Part shown: positions 10,986-23,311 of the stretch, piece after piece | How the letters are laid out: each line of letters starts with the position of its first letter | How positions within the stretch are numbered: position 1 is the stretch's first letter | Assembly: GCA_016748015.1 (NCBI GenBank) | Contig: JAAOMT010000201.1 | Span: forward strand, 194,224 to 258,223 | DNA: 64,000 nt | Source of the DNA: Geosiphon pyriformis uo1 | Taxonomy: Eukaryota; Fungi; Glomeromycota | Direction: 5' to 3' | The notes under the pieces: generated by a model | The model's input: the letters and a program-made list of their open reading frames with translations, nothing else | What the model was told of the DNA's origin: nothing | Databases searched by the model: none | Program-made: the position numbers and the translations under genes

Positions 10986-13917
10986 TGTTACAGGTGATTA
11001 TTTGGGGTCTTAAAGCAAATAACAAACCCATAACTTGGTGCTCAATTGATATAATGATGTTGAGAATTTCTGAAGGTTTTGAGTTGGAGTTTTTTGTATA
11101 ATAGACAAAGATTCAATAGTTGTTTTTAGTAGCCTTCCGGAATCACAATTCTGTTAATTTTTTTCTCAGCTTGGTGGCCAGCAATCTTCTGGTAAGTAAT
11201 CTGTAATTCTTGTACATGTTCTATTCATTCACAAGAGTCTTTTACCAAGCAGTCCTTGACATCAATAATTCAGCACTTAATCCTTAATTAATTATTAAAC
11301 ACAACAAAAAAAATAAAAACAAAAACAAATAAAGAGAAGATAAAGAAAATTAAGCCAAGGCACTTGTAAATTAGTATCCTGTCAATAGCCATGATCAAGA
11401 GCTATTGTTCTAATGTGGTTAAGTATGAATTATTATCAACATGAAGTGTTGATAGAAAAAAGTGGATTGAGATAGTGAATAATTATTTATTGATATTTGT
11501 GATATAGAAAGTTGCTTAGATCAAATTTAAACTGAGAGATCTCTAACTAAGGATTCTAATAATTGTAACTTGTGAGTCTAATTAACTCTGAGAGTTCTAC
11601 TGACTTTGAGCCTAATTGGCTAATTTTCTAGTTTCTGATACTACTGCTATATATATATAATTAAGATTTCTCAATTCCTCAATCCTTCATACCAGAAATT
11701 CTGGAATTCCATTTTTACTATATTTATTCTAATTGGCTAATTTATGTACTAATATTTAATTCCTATATTCTATAAGTAACATTATTCCCTTCTTTAATAT
11801 TGAGCTTCTGCGAAATCTTCTAAATCTCTCTTTTGTATCAATGTTGTTATAGTAATTTCTATTGCTATTTGTAAATCTAATTTTATATGTGACTGGAGTT
11901 TTTGACTGTAGTGGTTTGTTCAGAATATCCACATTCAAATTTTAAATCTGTATTATGTGTATGTTCAGACATAATGCCCTCATTATTATTACTGAATTTA
12001 GTTAATTCTTGCTCTATTGTAAGATCTAGAAGCATGATATATTGTTTGGTGTTTGAAGCAGAGTTTGAATTGTTGTTGGTGGAGTTTAAATTATTATTGT
12101 CATTTAATGGAGTTTGAATCGTTGTCATCATCAGCAGAGTTTGAATCAGGATTAAGTTTTGATTCTGATTCTTGCTGATTGGCTCATCTTCCTTAGAGTT
12201 CAAATATATGATGTATGGAAGTGAATTGTAACTTGGGGCTGTTAGGTGAGTTTTGATGATTTGTTGATTGATTTTGGTACTGCTGATTCTCAAATTTCTT
12301 TTTTTTTTCTAAGTCTTTTTTGTATTAACACTTTCCCAACACTGACTTTTGGCATAGAAAAAGACAGTTTTTGCACAGGTAAGTATGAATCTGGGTAATT
12401 TTTTTTTGGAATTCTTCTACCAGATCTTTAAATAATCAGAGTTTTGAATTTTTAGAAGTTTGACAGGTTTTATCTAAGGTAAATTTTCTTGTCTAATAGC
12501 AGAATTGAACTTATCGGGTTTCGAATGTTTAGGTTTTGAACAATCAAGTCTAAAAGTTTTAACTTTTAATAAGTTTTACCAAAGATAAGTTTCTTTCTAT
12601 ATTAGTGGAGTTGGAATTTATTGAGTTTCAAATGTTTGGGTTTTGAACTATTGGGTTGGGGTTTTAACAAGTTTTATCAAAAATAAGTTTTTTTATATGA
12701 TAGTGGAGTTGAAATTATTGGGTTTTAAATAAATAAAGTTTTAATTTAACAAATTTTTTTAATGAGTTAATTAATGATAATTTTCGAATGTTCAGAGTTT
12801 TAATGATCAGATTTTGAATGATTGAAGTTTCAATTTAATAAGTTTTTCAAAGGTAATAGTAAAATAAGAATTTCATAAATCCTAAGTGATTTTTTTTTGT
12901 TTTCTCTTGGTCTGCCACTTTTGGATAGTTGTTGGTTGGTGCTGGTTCTTTGTAGGATTATATCTCACAAGGAGCACCAAATGTTACAGGTGATTATTTG
13001 GGGTTTCAAAGCAAATAACAAATTCATAATTTGGTGCTCAATTGATATAATGATGTTAAGGATTTCTGAAGATTTTGAGCTGGAGTCTTTTGTATAATAA
13101 ACAGAGATTCAATAATTGTTTTCAATAGCCTCCCAGAATCGCAATTTCATCAATTTTTTTCTCAGCTTGGTGGCTGGCAATTCTCTGATAAGTAATCTGT
13201 AATTCTTGTACATGCTTTATCCACTTACAGGAATCTTTTACCAGGCAGTTTTTGATGTCAATAATTTAGTGCTTAATTCTTAATCAATTAGTAAACACAA
13301 CAAAACAAAGAAAAGAAAAATAAAAGAAAATAAAGAGAAGATAAAGAAAATTAAGCCAAGGTGCTTGCAAGTTAGTATCTCATCAATAGCCATAATTAAG
13401 AGCTATTGTTCCAGTGTAATTAAGTATAAATTACTATCAACATGAAGTATTGATAGGGGAAAGTGGATTGAGATAGTAAATAATTATTTATTGATATTTG
13501 TGATGTAGAAGGTTGCTTAGATCAAATCTAAACTGAAAGGTCTCTAACTAAGAATTCTAATAATTGTGACTTGTGAGTCTAATTAACTCTAAGAGTCCTA
13601 TTGACTCTCAGTTTTTTTGACTTTGAGTCTAATTGACTAATTTTCTAGCTTCTGATACTACTGCTATATATACATAATTGAGATTCTTCAATTTCTCAAT
13701 TCTTCACACCAGGAATCCTGCAATTCTTGGAATTCTGCAATTCCTTTGAAAAGAATTCTGGAATTCTGGAATTTTGCAATTCCTTATACAAGAATTCTGA
13801 AATTCCTGGAATTCTGTAATTCTTCTAAGAAGAATCCTAGAATTCCACTTTTACTATGTTTATTTTGATTGGTTAATTTATGTACTAATATTTAATTCCT
13901 ATATTCTATGAATAACA
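10986..13917 (-). mobile_element. Mini (2.9 kb) non-autonomous family Q element M, inserted in RT of T
   Basis: LTRs 10986-11781 and 12982-13917; TSD CCAT (10982-10985 and 13918-13921); PBS ~12963-12981; PPT ~11782-11796; internal region only 1.2 kb. Confidence 0.93.
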
Positions 13918-13921
13918 CCAT

Positions 13922-14944
13922 AAATCCAAGAACTATTTGATGCTTTTGGAGGAAAAAAATGGTTCTCAACACTAGATTTAAACAGTGGTTACTAGCAAGT
14001 AGCCATGAACTTAGCCAATAAAAAAAAGAGTGCATTCACTACAAGAAAAAAAAACTTTGAATTTGAAGTAATGCCATTTGGCTTGATGAATGTACCAGTC
14101 ATATTCCAATGGCTAATAAAAATTATTTACACCAGACTACTATAGAAATCAGTAGTTGTTTACTTAGATAACACAAATGTGTTCTCTAAGACACTTGATG
14201 ATCACTTATACTATCTCCAACAAGTGTTTGAAAATTTAAAAAGAGCCAGATTAAAGTTAAATACAACCAAATGTTTCTTTGAAAAAACGGAACTTAAGTT
14301 CTTGAGACATGTTGTGAGCAAAGACAGCATCAAAACAAATCCAGACAAAATTGAGATAGTTAAAAACTTTCCAGTACTCACTAACTTGACCAAATTATAA
14401 GCATTCTTGGAATTTGTAGATTACTACTACCACTTCATTAAAGATTTTTCTAAACTGGCTCAACCATTATATTAGCTCTAAGCAAAAAACACCAAATATA
14501 AATGAACAGAAAACCAGCAAAAAGCTTTTGATACATTAAGACAAAAGCTTATTCAAGCTTTAGTACTGATCTATTTAGATCACAACTGATGTATTAAGTT
14601 AAGCATTAGGAACTGTACTATCTCAGAAAGAACCAGATGAAAGAGAACACCCAGTAATATACACTAGTTGTAACTTAAATCCAGCTGAAAAGAATTATAG
14701 AACTCCAACATTAGAATACTTAGCAATCTACTGAGCAGTCATGAAATAGAAGAAATACTTAAGCCAGAAATTTGACATATACACAAATCATAAAAGATTG
14801 ATTGCAATCAAGAAGCAAAAATTCGGAGATAATTGCCATGCTAGATAGAAAATAGAACTTTGACTAATTAATTATACAGTACATTATAAAAAAGAAAAAA
14901 AAAACAGAAATGCCAACAGTTTGTCATGAATGAAACAAATCTAA
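13922..14944 (+). pseudogene. pol: T RT and RNase H
   Basis: WFSTLDL, MPFGL, VVYLDNT, FLRHVVSKD, ending ..MKQI*. Confidence 0.9.
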
Positions 14945-14974
14945 AAACATTTCAACCCAAAAATATAACAAAAG

Positions 14975-16350
14975 ATAAATGTACAAAAATATCAACAATT
15001 TCAATATTATATAAATACTTAACAGTTTAAGGAAAAATTATCTCAAAAAGAACAAAGCAACATAAAACAACAATCCAAATATTTTATCACTTACCAAAAT
15101 ATATTTTATCAAAAAAACAAAAGAAATTCAGATCAACCAACCAGAGTAATCACAGAATTAAAGAAAGAGACAATATTATTTAATATGCACTTAGATCCAA
15201 CAGCAGAACATTTTCATAAAGAAGCAACCATAAAAAAAACTAAAAAAAAATACTATTGGCCATTAATATATTCAGATGTTATCTAATATGTTCAAAATTG
15301 TGATGTTTGTTAGAGAAAAAGAGGAACAAAACCAAGTGAACCATTAAAATCAATTAAGATGGAACAATTATTTAATTACATTGGAATTGACTTAATTGAA
15401 CCATTAACAATTACCAGCAGAAACAACAGATATATTGCAGTAGCTATGGATTATCTTACTAAGTGGCCAAAAGCAAAAGCCATACAAAAAACAGAAGCAG
15501 AATCTGTTGCTGAATTCATTTATTAAGATTTAATTTGTTAATACGGATGTCCAAAAAAATTATTATCTGACCAAAAAACTCACTTTGTGAATAGAATATT
15601 AGCAGAATTAAGTCAAAGATTTGGAATCAAAAGACTATTATTATCACTATACCATCCAAAAACCAATGGCTTAGTCAAAAAATTTAATAGAATATTGTGT
15701 GAAACAATTGCCAAAATCAGCCAAAAAAATCAAGATAAATGGAATTTGTGTATATCATCAGTATTATTTGCTTATCAGATAATAAAACAAGACACTACAC
15801 AAGCAACACTATTTGAATTAGTATATGATAGAACAGTAACATTACCAGTAAAAATAGAAATCAGAATGTATCCAACTGAACCAATAACAGAAGACAATTT
15901 CCAAGAAACATTGTTGAGAAGAACATATGATTTAATGGAAACACTAAAAAACAAATAGCGAAAAGCAGCTAATAATATTCAAAAGTCACAAGAAAAACAA
16001 AAAAAAAAACACAATAACCAACTACCAGATAAACCAATTGAATTCAGGATTGGAGACAAAATACTTTTACATCATACCAAAGCAGAAAAACAATAGAGTA
16101 AAAAATTTGACTTCAAATGAAATAGACTATTTCACATAGAAAAAATTCTAAGAAATGAAGCTTATAAATTAAAATAAAACAACAAAATCTTAACCAAAGC
16201 AGCACATAGTAATTAACTGAAACTATATTATTATATAGTATTATTATTTACCAATAATATTTCATAACTGGAAATACAACAAATACTAATCCAATTAGAT
16301 AAAATTTTACAAGATCCAGAACCAATCATAATCATTGAACCAAATATGTA
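14975..16350 (+). pseudogene. T integrase
   Basis: H..H..CxxC zinc-finger region, GIDLI, YHPKTNGLVKKFN; collinear with V integrase. Confidence 0.9.
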
Positions 16351-16389
16351 AAACTAAACAACCAAAAGAGTATATAAAGACACAGTATA

Positions 16390-17048
16390 CATGACAAAAA
16401 CAACAAAAAAAAATAGAAATACCAAATCATATTCACATTTTAGCTCAACAATTGTTTTAGGCCTTAAGTTAACAGTAATTAAACATGGAAATTGTTATCA
16501 ACCACCAAACAATTTGTTATCAAAACACCAAACAAAAAGGAAAAAGTACACCATACCAGCAACCACAGAAACAATTAATAAACTGATTAGATAAAATAGT
16601 AGAGAAAGTAAAGAACACTTTTGGGAAAATAATCATCATGGTTTTAATAAAAAAACTTTCAAAAGAAAATAAGAAACAATAGACAAAACAACTTCCAATA
16701 TCATACTGCTACTATTAGTTAGGACAAAAGTTAGATATTCAAAAGTTATATCTTGATAAATCCAAAAGAATATTCAATTAAGAAATAATACAGAACATTA
16801 AAAACATTATCGAAAAGAAAACAAATCTAACACTACACATTAGAGCAATCTATTAACTACACACAATATTTCAAAATTATCCAGAAATATTGTTACACTC
16901 CAACATGGAGACAATTACCATTAACCAATAGGAAAGAATGAACAATACACAAATCAAAGATATAAGAAATAAAGTTAAACAAACAGTATTAGAAAAAAAA
17001 GTATTAAATCTAATTCAAAGTGAAAATTTCGATAGAGCTCAATATTAA
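16390..17048 (+). pseudogene. T 3' ORF remnant (start approximate)
   Basis: YCYY*LGQK..RAIY.LH..YPEILL...ENFDRAQY*. Confidence 0.7.
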
Positions 17049-17061
17049 AAGAAGGAAATAA

Positions 17062-17803
17062 TGTTACTTATAGAAAAACATGTAATTAGCATGTGAGCAC
17101 ATTGCTCAAAAAATTATAGCATATCACTTAGAAATGTGAATGATCTTGTAAAACCTAAATTATGTATATATAGCAAGAGTATTAGAAGCAGAAAAAAACA
17201 CTACCAAAACATCTCAATTTAGATTTCATCTAAGCAATCTTCCAAATTAAAAACATCAATAAATAATTATTTGTTACCTCAATTCACTCTTCACTATTAA
17301 CACTTCATGTTGATAGTAATTGATACTTAACCATACTGAAACAATAGTTTTTGATCATGCTTATTGACAGAATACTAACTTGTAATTGCTTTGGCTTATT
17401 TTTTTTATCTTTTTTTTATCTCTTTTATTTTTTTTTCTTTATTTTGTTGTGTTTACTAATTGATTAAAGATTAAGCACTGAATTATTGATGTCATGGATA
17501 GCCTGGTAAAAGATCCAAAAGAAGAGTAATATTATATATATATTAATGGATAGCTTATTAGAAAAACATGACTGCCAGAATAAACTGACCATTAAGCTAA
17601 AGAAAAAAATTGGGAAACAACTCATCAACAACAGCAACATCATCATCAAATCTCTGTCCATTATACAAAAAACTCAACCAAAACTTTCAGATTATGAAAA
17701 CCTCCAAAGACAAAACCATCAGAGATTTACATTATTAAATTAATTGAACATCAAGTTATGGGTTTGTTATTTGCTTTGAGACTCTAAATAATTATTTGTA
17801 ATA
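17062..17803 (+). repeat. Family Q 3' LTR of T
   Basis: PPT AAAAGAAGGAAATAA, then TGTTACTTAT...TTGTAATA. Confidence 0.9.
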
Positions 17804-18019
17804 TTGCCCATCTTTTTCTCTTCTTATCTCTATATTTTATCTTTTTTTTATTGATTATAATCTCTATTTGAGATGTAGATTTTTGAATTTTGTCAAATAA
17901 TTGTTTAGATAATTTTAAAATTTGGTTCAAAAAATCCATGTTTGAAATTTTTATTGTTCCCTTCTTTGTGGTTTTGAGGCTTATATGTGCATAATATCTA
18001 AATTTTGGCATGTGTGTAG

Positions 18020-19387
18020 CTATGTTTTGATGATTATAATTGGTTTTATATTTTATGATATATTTTCTGGTCTGATTAATGGAATTTGTGTTCCTAATTG
18101 TGGTATCAATAATGTCAATCTTTGTGTTGTTTGATAAATTTTTAAACAATTTCTATGTGCTGTTTTTTTCAGAATTCTGTTTTCCAATTATAACTTGTAA
18201 GATCTGTTTTCCAAAATTTCGTGTATGTAAAATAGTCTGTTCTATTTTGGATCAAACTTTCCATTCCACTGTTTTTCTGCTTTGATATGATGTAACAGTA
18301 CTTTGTTTCCAATTTTGAATTCAACTGGTTTATCTGATAATTGGTTATTGTGTCTTTTTTTTTGTTTTTTTTGTGACTTTTGTATATTATCAGCTGTTTT
18401 TTACCATATGTTTTCTAATGTTTTCATTAAGTTATATGTTTTTTTCAACAATGTTCTTTGAAAATTCTCTTCTGTTATTGGTTCTGTTAAATATGTTTTG
18501 ACTTCTATTTCAACTGATAATATTGCTGTTCTATTATATATTAATTCAAATAGTGTTGCTTGTGTAGTATCTTGCTTTATTATTCAATAAGCAAATAATA
18601 TTAATGGTATGAATAAATCTCATTCATTCTGGTTTTCTTGGCTGATCTTGGCTATCACTTTGCACAATATTCTATTGAATTTTTTAACTAATTCATTGGT
18701 TTGTGAGTAATATGGTAATGATAATAGTCTTTTTATTTCAAATCTTTAACTCAGTTTTGTTAATGTTTTATTTACAAAGTGAGTTCTTTGGTCAGGTAAT
18801 AATTTTTTTGAATATTTGTGTTAACAAATCAGATCTTGATGAATGAATTTGGCAATGAATTCTGCATCCACTTTTTGAATTGCTTTTGTTTTTGGCCATT
18901 TAATAAGATAATTCATGACTATTATAATGTATATGTTCTCTCTGCTAGTTATTGTTAATGATCTAACTAAGTCAATTCCAATACAATCAAATAATTTTTC
19001 TACTTTGATTGGTCTTAATGGCTCATTGGGTCTTGTTTCTCCTCTTTTCTGACAAGCATCACAATTTTGAACATATTGGATAATGTCTGGATACATGGAT
19101 GGCCAATAGTATCTATTTCTGGTTCTTTCTATGGTTGTTTTTTTATGGAAATGTTCTGTTGTTGGATTTGAGTACATGTTAAATAGTATTGTTTCCTTCT
19201 CTGGTTTCATAATTACTCTGGTTGATTGTTCAAGATTCTTTCAGTTCTTTTGATAGAGTAGATTGCAATAAGTAATAAAATATTTTAATTGTTGTTTTAT
19301 GTTGTTTTGTTCTTTTTGAGATAATTTCTTCTTGAATCGTTTAATATTTATATAATGTTGGAGTTGTTGGTATTTTTGTGTGTTCAT
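18020..19387 (-). pseudogene. X integrase (own ATG at 19387)
   Basis: ORF 18821-19210 with HFHKK..YYWP..CDAC..GIDLV; C-terminal region partly deleted. Confidence 0.88.
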
Positions 19388-19420
19388 TTTTTTATTATAT
19401 TTTTGGGTTTTAAAATGTTT

Positions 19421-20392
19421 TTAGATTTGTTTTATTTGTGACAAACTGTTAGCATTTCCATTTTTTTTTCCTTTTTATAATATATAGTATAAGTATATGG
19501 TGACAGTACTATTTTCCATCTTGTGTGATGATTGTCTCTAAATTCTTGCTTCTGGATTAATGTTAATTTTTTGTAATCAGTATACACCTCAAATTTCTGG
19601 TTTAAATATTTTTTCTATTTGATAACTGCCCAATAGATAGCTAAGTGTTTTAATACTGATGTTCTATAATTCTTTTTTGTTAGACTCAAACTGTGGCTAG
19701 CATATGCTACTGGGTGTTCTTTTCTATTTGGTTTTTTCTAAGATAGTACAGCTTCTAGTGCTTGACTTGATGCATCAGTAGTGATGATAAATGATTTGCT
19801 GTGATCTGAATAAATCAATACTGATGCTTGGATAAGCTTTTTCTGCAGTATATCAAAAGCTTCTTACTGGGTTTCAGTCTACTCTTACTTGACATTTTTG
19901 GTTTGAAGCTGGTAAAGTAGTTGAGCCAGTTTGGAAAAGTTTTTAATAAAGTGACAGTAGTAATCTACAAATTCCAAGAATGATTATAGTTTGGTCAAGT
20001 TGGTTGGTACTGGAAATTTCTTTACTATCTTGATCTTATCTGGATCTGTTTTAATGCCATTTTTGCTCATAATATTTTCTAAGAATTTTAATTCTGTTTT
20101 GCCGAAAAAACACTTGTTTGCATTCAATTTTAATCTTGCATATCTGAGTCTTTTGAACATTTGCTGGGAATAATAAAGATGATTATCAAATGTTTTTGAG
20201 AATAAATTGGTATCATCTAAATATACAATTACTGATTTCCATAATAGTCCAATGTAAACAATTTTTATTAGCCATTGAAATGTAGCTGGAGCATTTATTA
20301 AGCCAAATAGTATTACTTTGAATTCAAAATTTTTTTCTCTTGTTGTAAACACGGTTTTTTCTTTGTTAGCTAGATTTATGGCTATTTGCCAG
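19421..20392 (-). pseudogene. pol: X RT (C-part) and RNase H
   Basis: FGLINAPATFQ, IVYLDDT, TDASSQAL; ends ..KQI*. Confidence 0.9.
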
Positions 20393-21172
20393 TGTTACAG
20401 ATGATTATTTAGTTGTTGAAGTAAATAACAAACCCGTAACTTGGTGCTCAAGGCTGGTGTCGATGATAAAAATCTGAAGGTGTGTTTATCTAAAGGTTTT
20501 GGTTGAGTTCTTTGTATAATAGATAGAGATTCAGTGGTAATAGTTTTATCTGTAGCTTCCTGAAACCACAGTTTCATCAATTTTTTTCTCAGCATGATGA
20601 CTGGTGTTTCTTCTGGTAAGCTAACCTCAATCAAGTGTCCTACTCTTATTTCTGGGTCTTTTACCAGTGCTATATCCTAATGTCAGTACACCATGCATTA
20701 ATCCTCAATAGAGTTAATAATAACAACAATTAAGACAAGAAAATAAAAGAAATAACATAAAGAAATGAGCTAAGGCAATGCACAAGTTAGTATTTGTTAA
20801 TAGCTGTGATCAAGAGCTATTGTTTCAATGTGGTTAAGTATCAATTGCTATCAACATGGAGTGTTGATAGAAAAGAGTGGATTTGGATGGTAAATAATTT
20901 ATTTATTCAATATTTGTGAATGGGAGATTTCTAACTCCAAGATTCTAATAGAAGGATTCTGCTTTTTCTACTTCTGACACTACTACTATATATACATAAT
21001 TGATGTTTTACGAGATCGCTCACATTTCTGAATAATGTGCTATGATTTCTTGAGCAATGTGCTATGATTTCTGATATTGCTCCACATTGCTGAGCAATGT
21101 GCTTATGTGCTAAATACTATTCTCTCATTGGTCTGCTATTTTCTTATATCTGTTTTCTTTTTATAAGTAATA
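20393..21172 (-). repeat. 3' LTR of Y (TGCTCAGCAATG-repeat U3 type)
   Basis: TGTTACAG...GTAATA; sister of 29616-30535 with fewer U3 repeat units. Confidence 0.93.
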
Positions 21173-21185
21173 TTATCTCCTCCTT

Positions 21186-21840
21186 TTAATATTGAGCTCT
21201 GTCAAAATCTTCATTTTGAATTACTTCTAATACTTCTTTTTCAAGTATTGTTTGTTCAACTCTGTTCTTCATATCTTCTATTTGTGTATTGTTTATTCTT
21301 CCCCATTGGTTAATAATTATAGTTTCTATGTTAAAGTGTAATAGTATTTCTGGATAGTTCTGAAATATGTTGTGTAGTTAATAAATTGTTCTTACATGTA
21401 GTGTTGAGTTTGTCTTTTTCCCAATAAATTCTTCAATTTGCTGTATTATGTTTTGGTTAAATATCCTCTTGGATTTGTCGATATACAACTCTTGAATATT
21501 CAACTTTCGACCTAATTGGTAGTAATAATATAATATTAGAAGTTGTTCTGTCTATTGTTTCCAATTCTCTTTTGTAAGTTCTTCTGTTGGTGCCATAATA
21601 GGTATTTTCTCAAAAGTGTTCTTTACTTTTTCTATTATGTTATCTGACCAGTTTTTATTATTCTTTGGTAACCACTAATATAGTGCATTTTTTGTCTTTT
21701 TTTTGGTGTTTCAATAGCAAATTTTTTGGTTGTTAATGATAATTTCTATGTCTAAAAGTTGTTAACTTAGGGCCTAGAATAATTGTTGAGCTATGGCATA
21801 AATATGATCTGGTATTTCCATTTTTCTTGGTTGTCTTTGT
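21186..21840 (-). pseudogene. Y 3' ORF remnant (start approximate)
   Basis: YYYYQLGRK...YPEILL..EDFDRAQY*. Confidence 0.7.
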
Positions 21841-21884
21841 CGTGTATATTGTGTTTTTATATACTCTTTTATTGTTTGATTTTA

Positions 21885-23248
21885 CGTTTTTGGTCCAATG
21901 ATTATAATTGGTTTCAGATCTCATGGAATTTCATCTGGTTAAACTAGTATTTGTTGTATTCCTAATTGTAGAATGTTATTAGTGAATAATGATGTTATTT
22001 GGTAATATGGTTTCAGTTGATCACCATGTGCTGCTTTGGTTAAGATTTTGTTGTTTCATCTTAATTTATAAGCTTCATTTCCAAGAATTTCTTCTATGTG
22101 AAATGGTCCATCCCATTTGGGGTCAAATTTTCCACTCCATTGTTTTTCTGCTTTAATATGATGTAGCAGTACTTTGTCTTCAATCTTGAATTCAACTGGT
22201 TTGTTTGGTAGTTGATTATCATGTCTTTCTTTCTGTTTTTCTTGTGTCTTCTGGATGTTATCAGCTGCTCTTTGCTGTTTATTTTCTAATGTTTCTATTA
22301 AGTCATATGTTTTTTTTAGCAACGTTTCCTGAAAATTGTCTTTAGTTATTGGTTCTATTGGATAAGTGGTGACTTTTATCTCAACTGGTAATATTGCTGT
22401 TCTACAATATACTAATTCAAATGGTATTGCTTGTATAGTGTCTTGCTTTATTGTCCAATAAGCAAATAATACTGATAGTATGAACAAATCCCATTCATTC
22501 TGATTTTTTTGACTGATCTTGGTAATTGCTTTACACAATGTTCTGTTAAATCTTTCTACTAACTCATTTGTTTGTGGATGGTATGGTGATGATAATGGTC
22601 TTTTGATTCCAAATCTTTGACTTAATTCTGCTAATGTTCTGTTCACAAAGTGAGTTTCTTGATCTGATAATAGTTCTTTTAGACATTCATGTTGACAAAT
22701 CAAATCTTAATGAATGAATTTGGCAACAGATTTTGCATCTGCTCTTTGAATGGCTTTTGCTTCTGGCCATTTTGTGAGATAGTTTATGGCTACTGCAATA
22801 TATCTGTTGTCTCTGCTGGTGATTGTTAGTGGTCTGACTAAGTCAATTCCAATGTGATCAAATGGTTGTCTTACTTTAATTGGTCTTAATAATTCACTGG
22901 GTCTTGTTCCTTCTTTTCTTTAACAAGCATCACAATTTTAAATATATTGAATAATGTCTGGATACATTGATGGCCAATAATATCTTTTTCTGGTTCTTTC
23001 TATGGTCACTTCTTTATGAAAATGTCCTGCTGTTGGATCTGAGTGCATGTTGAATAGTATTTTCTCTTTCTCTGGTTCTATAATTACTTTGGTTGGTTGA
23101 TCTGGATTTTTTTTGTTCTTCTGGTAAAGTATATTTTGATAATTGATAAAGTATTTTGATTGTTGTTTTGTTCTTTTTGAGATAATTTCTCTTTGAACAA
23201 TTGGGTCTTTATATAATGTTGAAGTTGTTGATATTTTTGTATGTTCAT
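21885..23248 (-). pseudogene. Y integrase (own ATG at 23248)
   Basis: ORF 22056-22703: SDQETHF, PYHPQTNELVERFN, WDGPFHI; no chromodomain seen. Confidence 0.92.
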
Positions 23249-23311
23249 TTTTGTTATATTTTCGTTGGGTTTGTTCTGGTTTTGTTATATTTTTGGGTTG
23301 AGATGATTTTT

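Larger units (their letters stand above)
6158..17803 (+). mobile_element. Family Q element T (5' end outside window), interrupted by the Tc1 element and mini-element M; itself inserted in the 3' region of X
   Basis: Collinear gag C-terminus, protease, Cys-rich domain, dUTPase, RT, RNase H, integrase, 3' ORF, PPT and LTR 17062-17803. Confidence 0.9.

Noticed and set aside
20389-20392. Idea that all TSDs derive from an ancestral NCGN (methyl-CpG-targeted) site
   Set aside because: This TSD overlaps the conserved Trp codon of the RT (G)YWQ motif, so it was TG/CA at insertion; only a general YR preference is supported.
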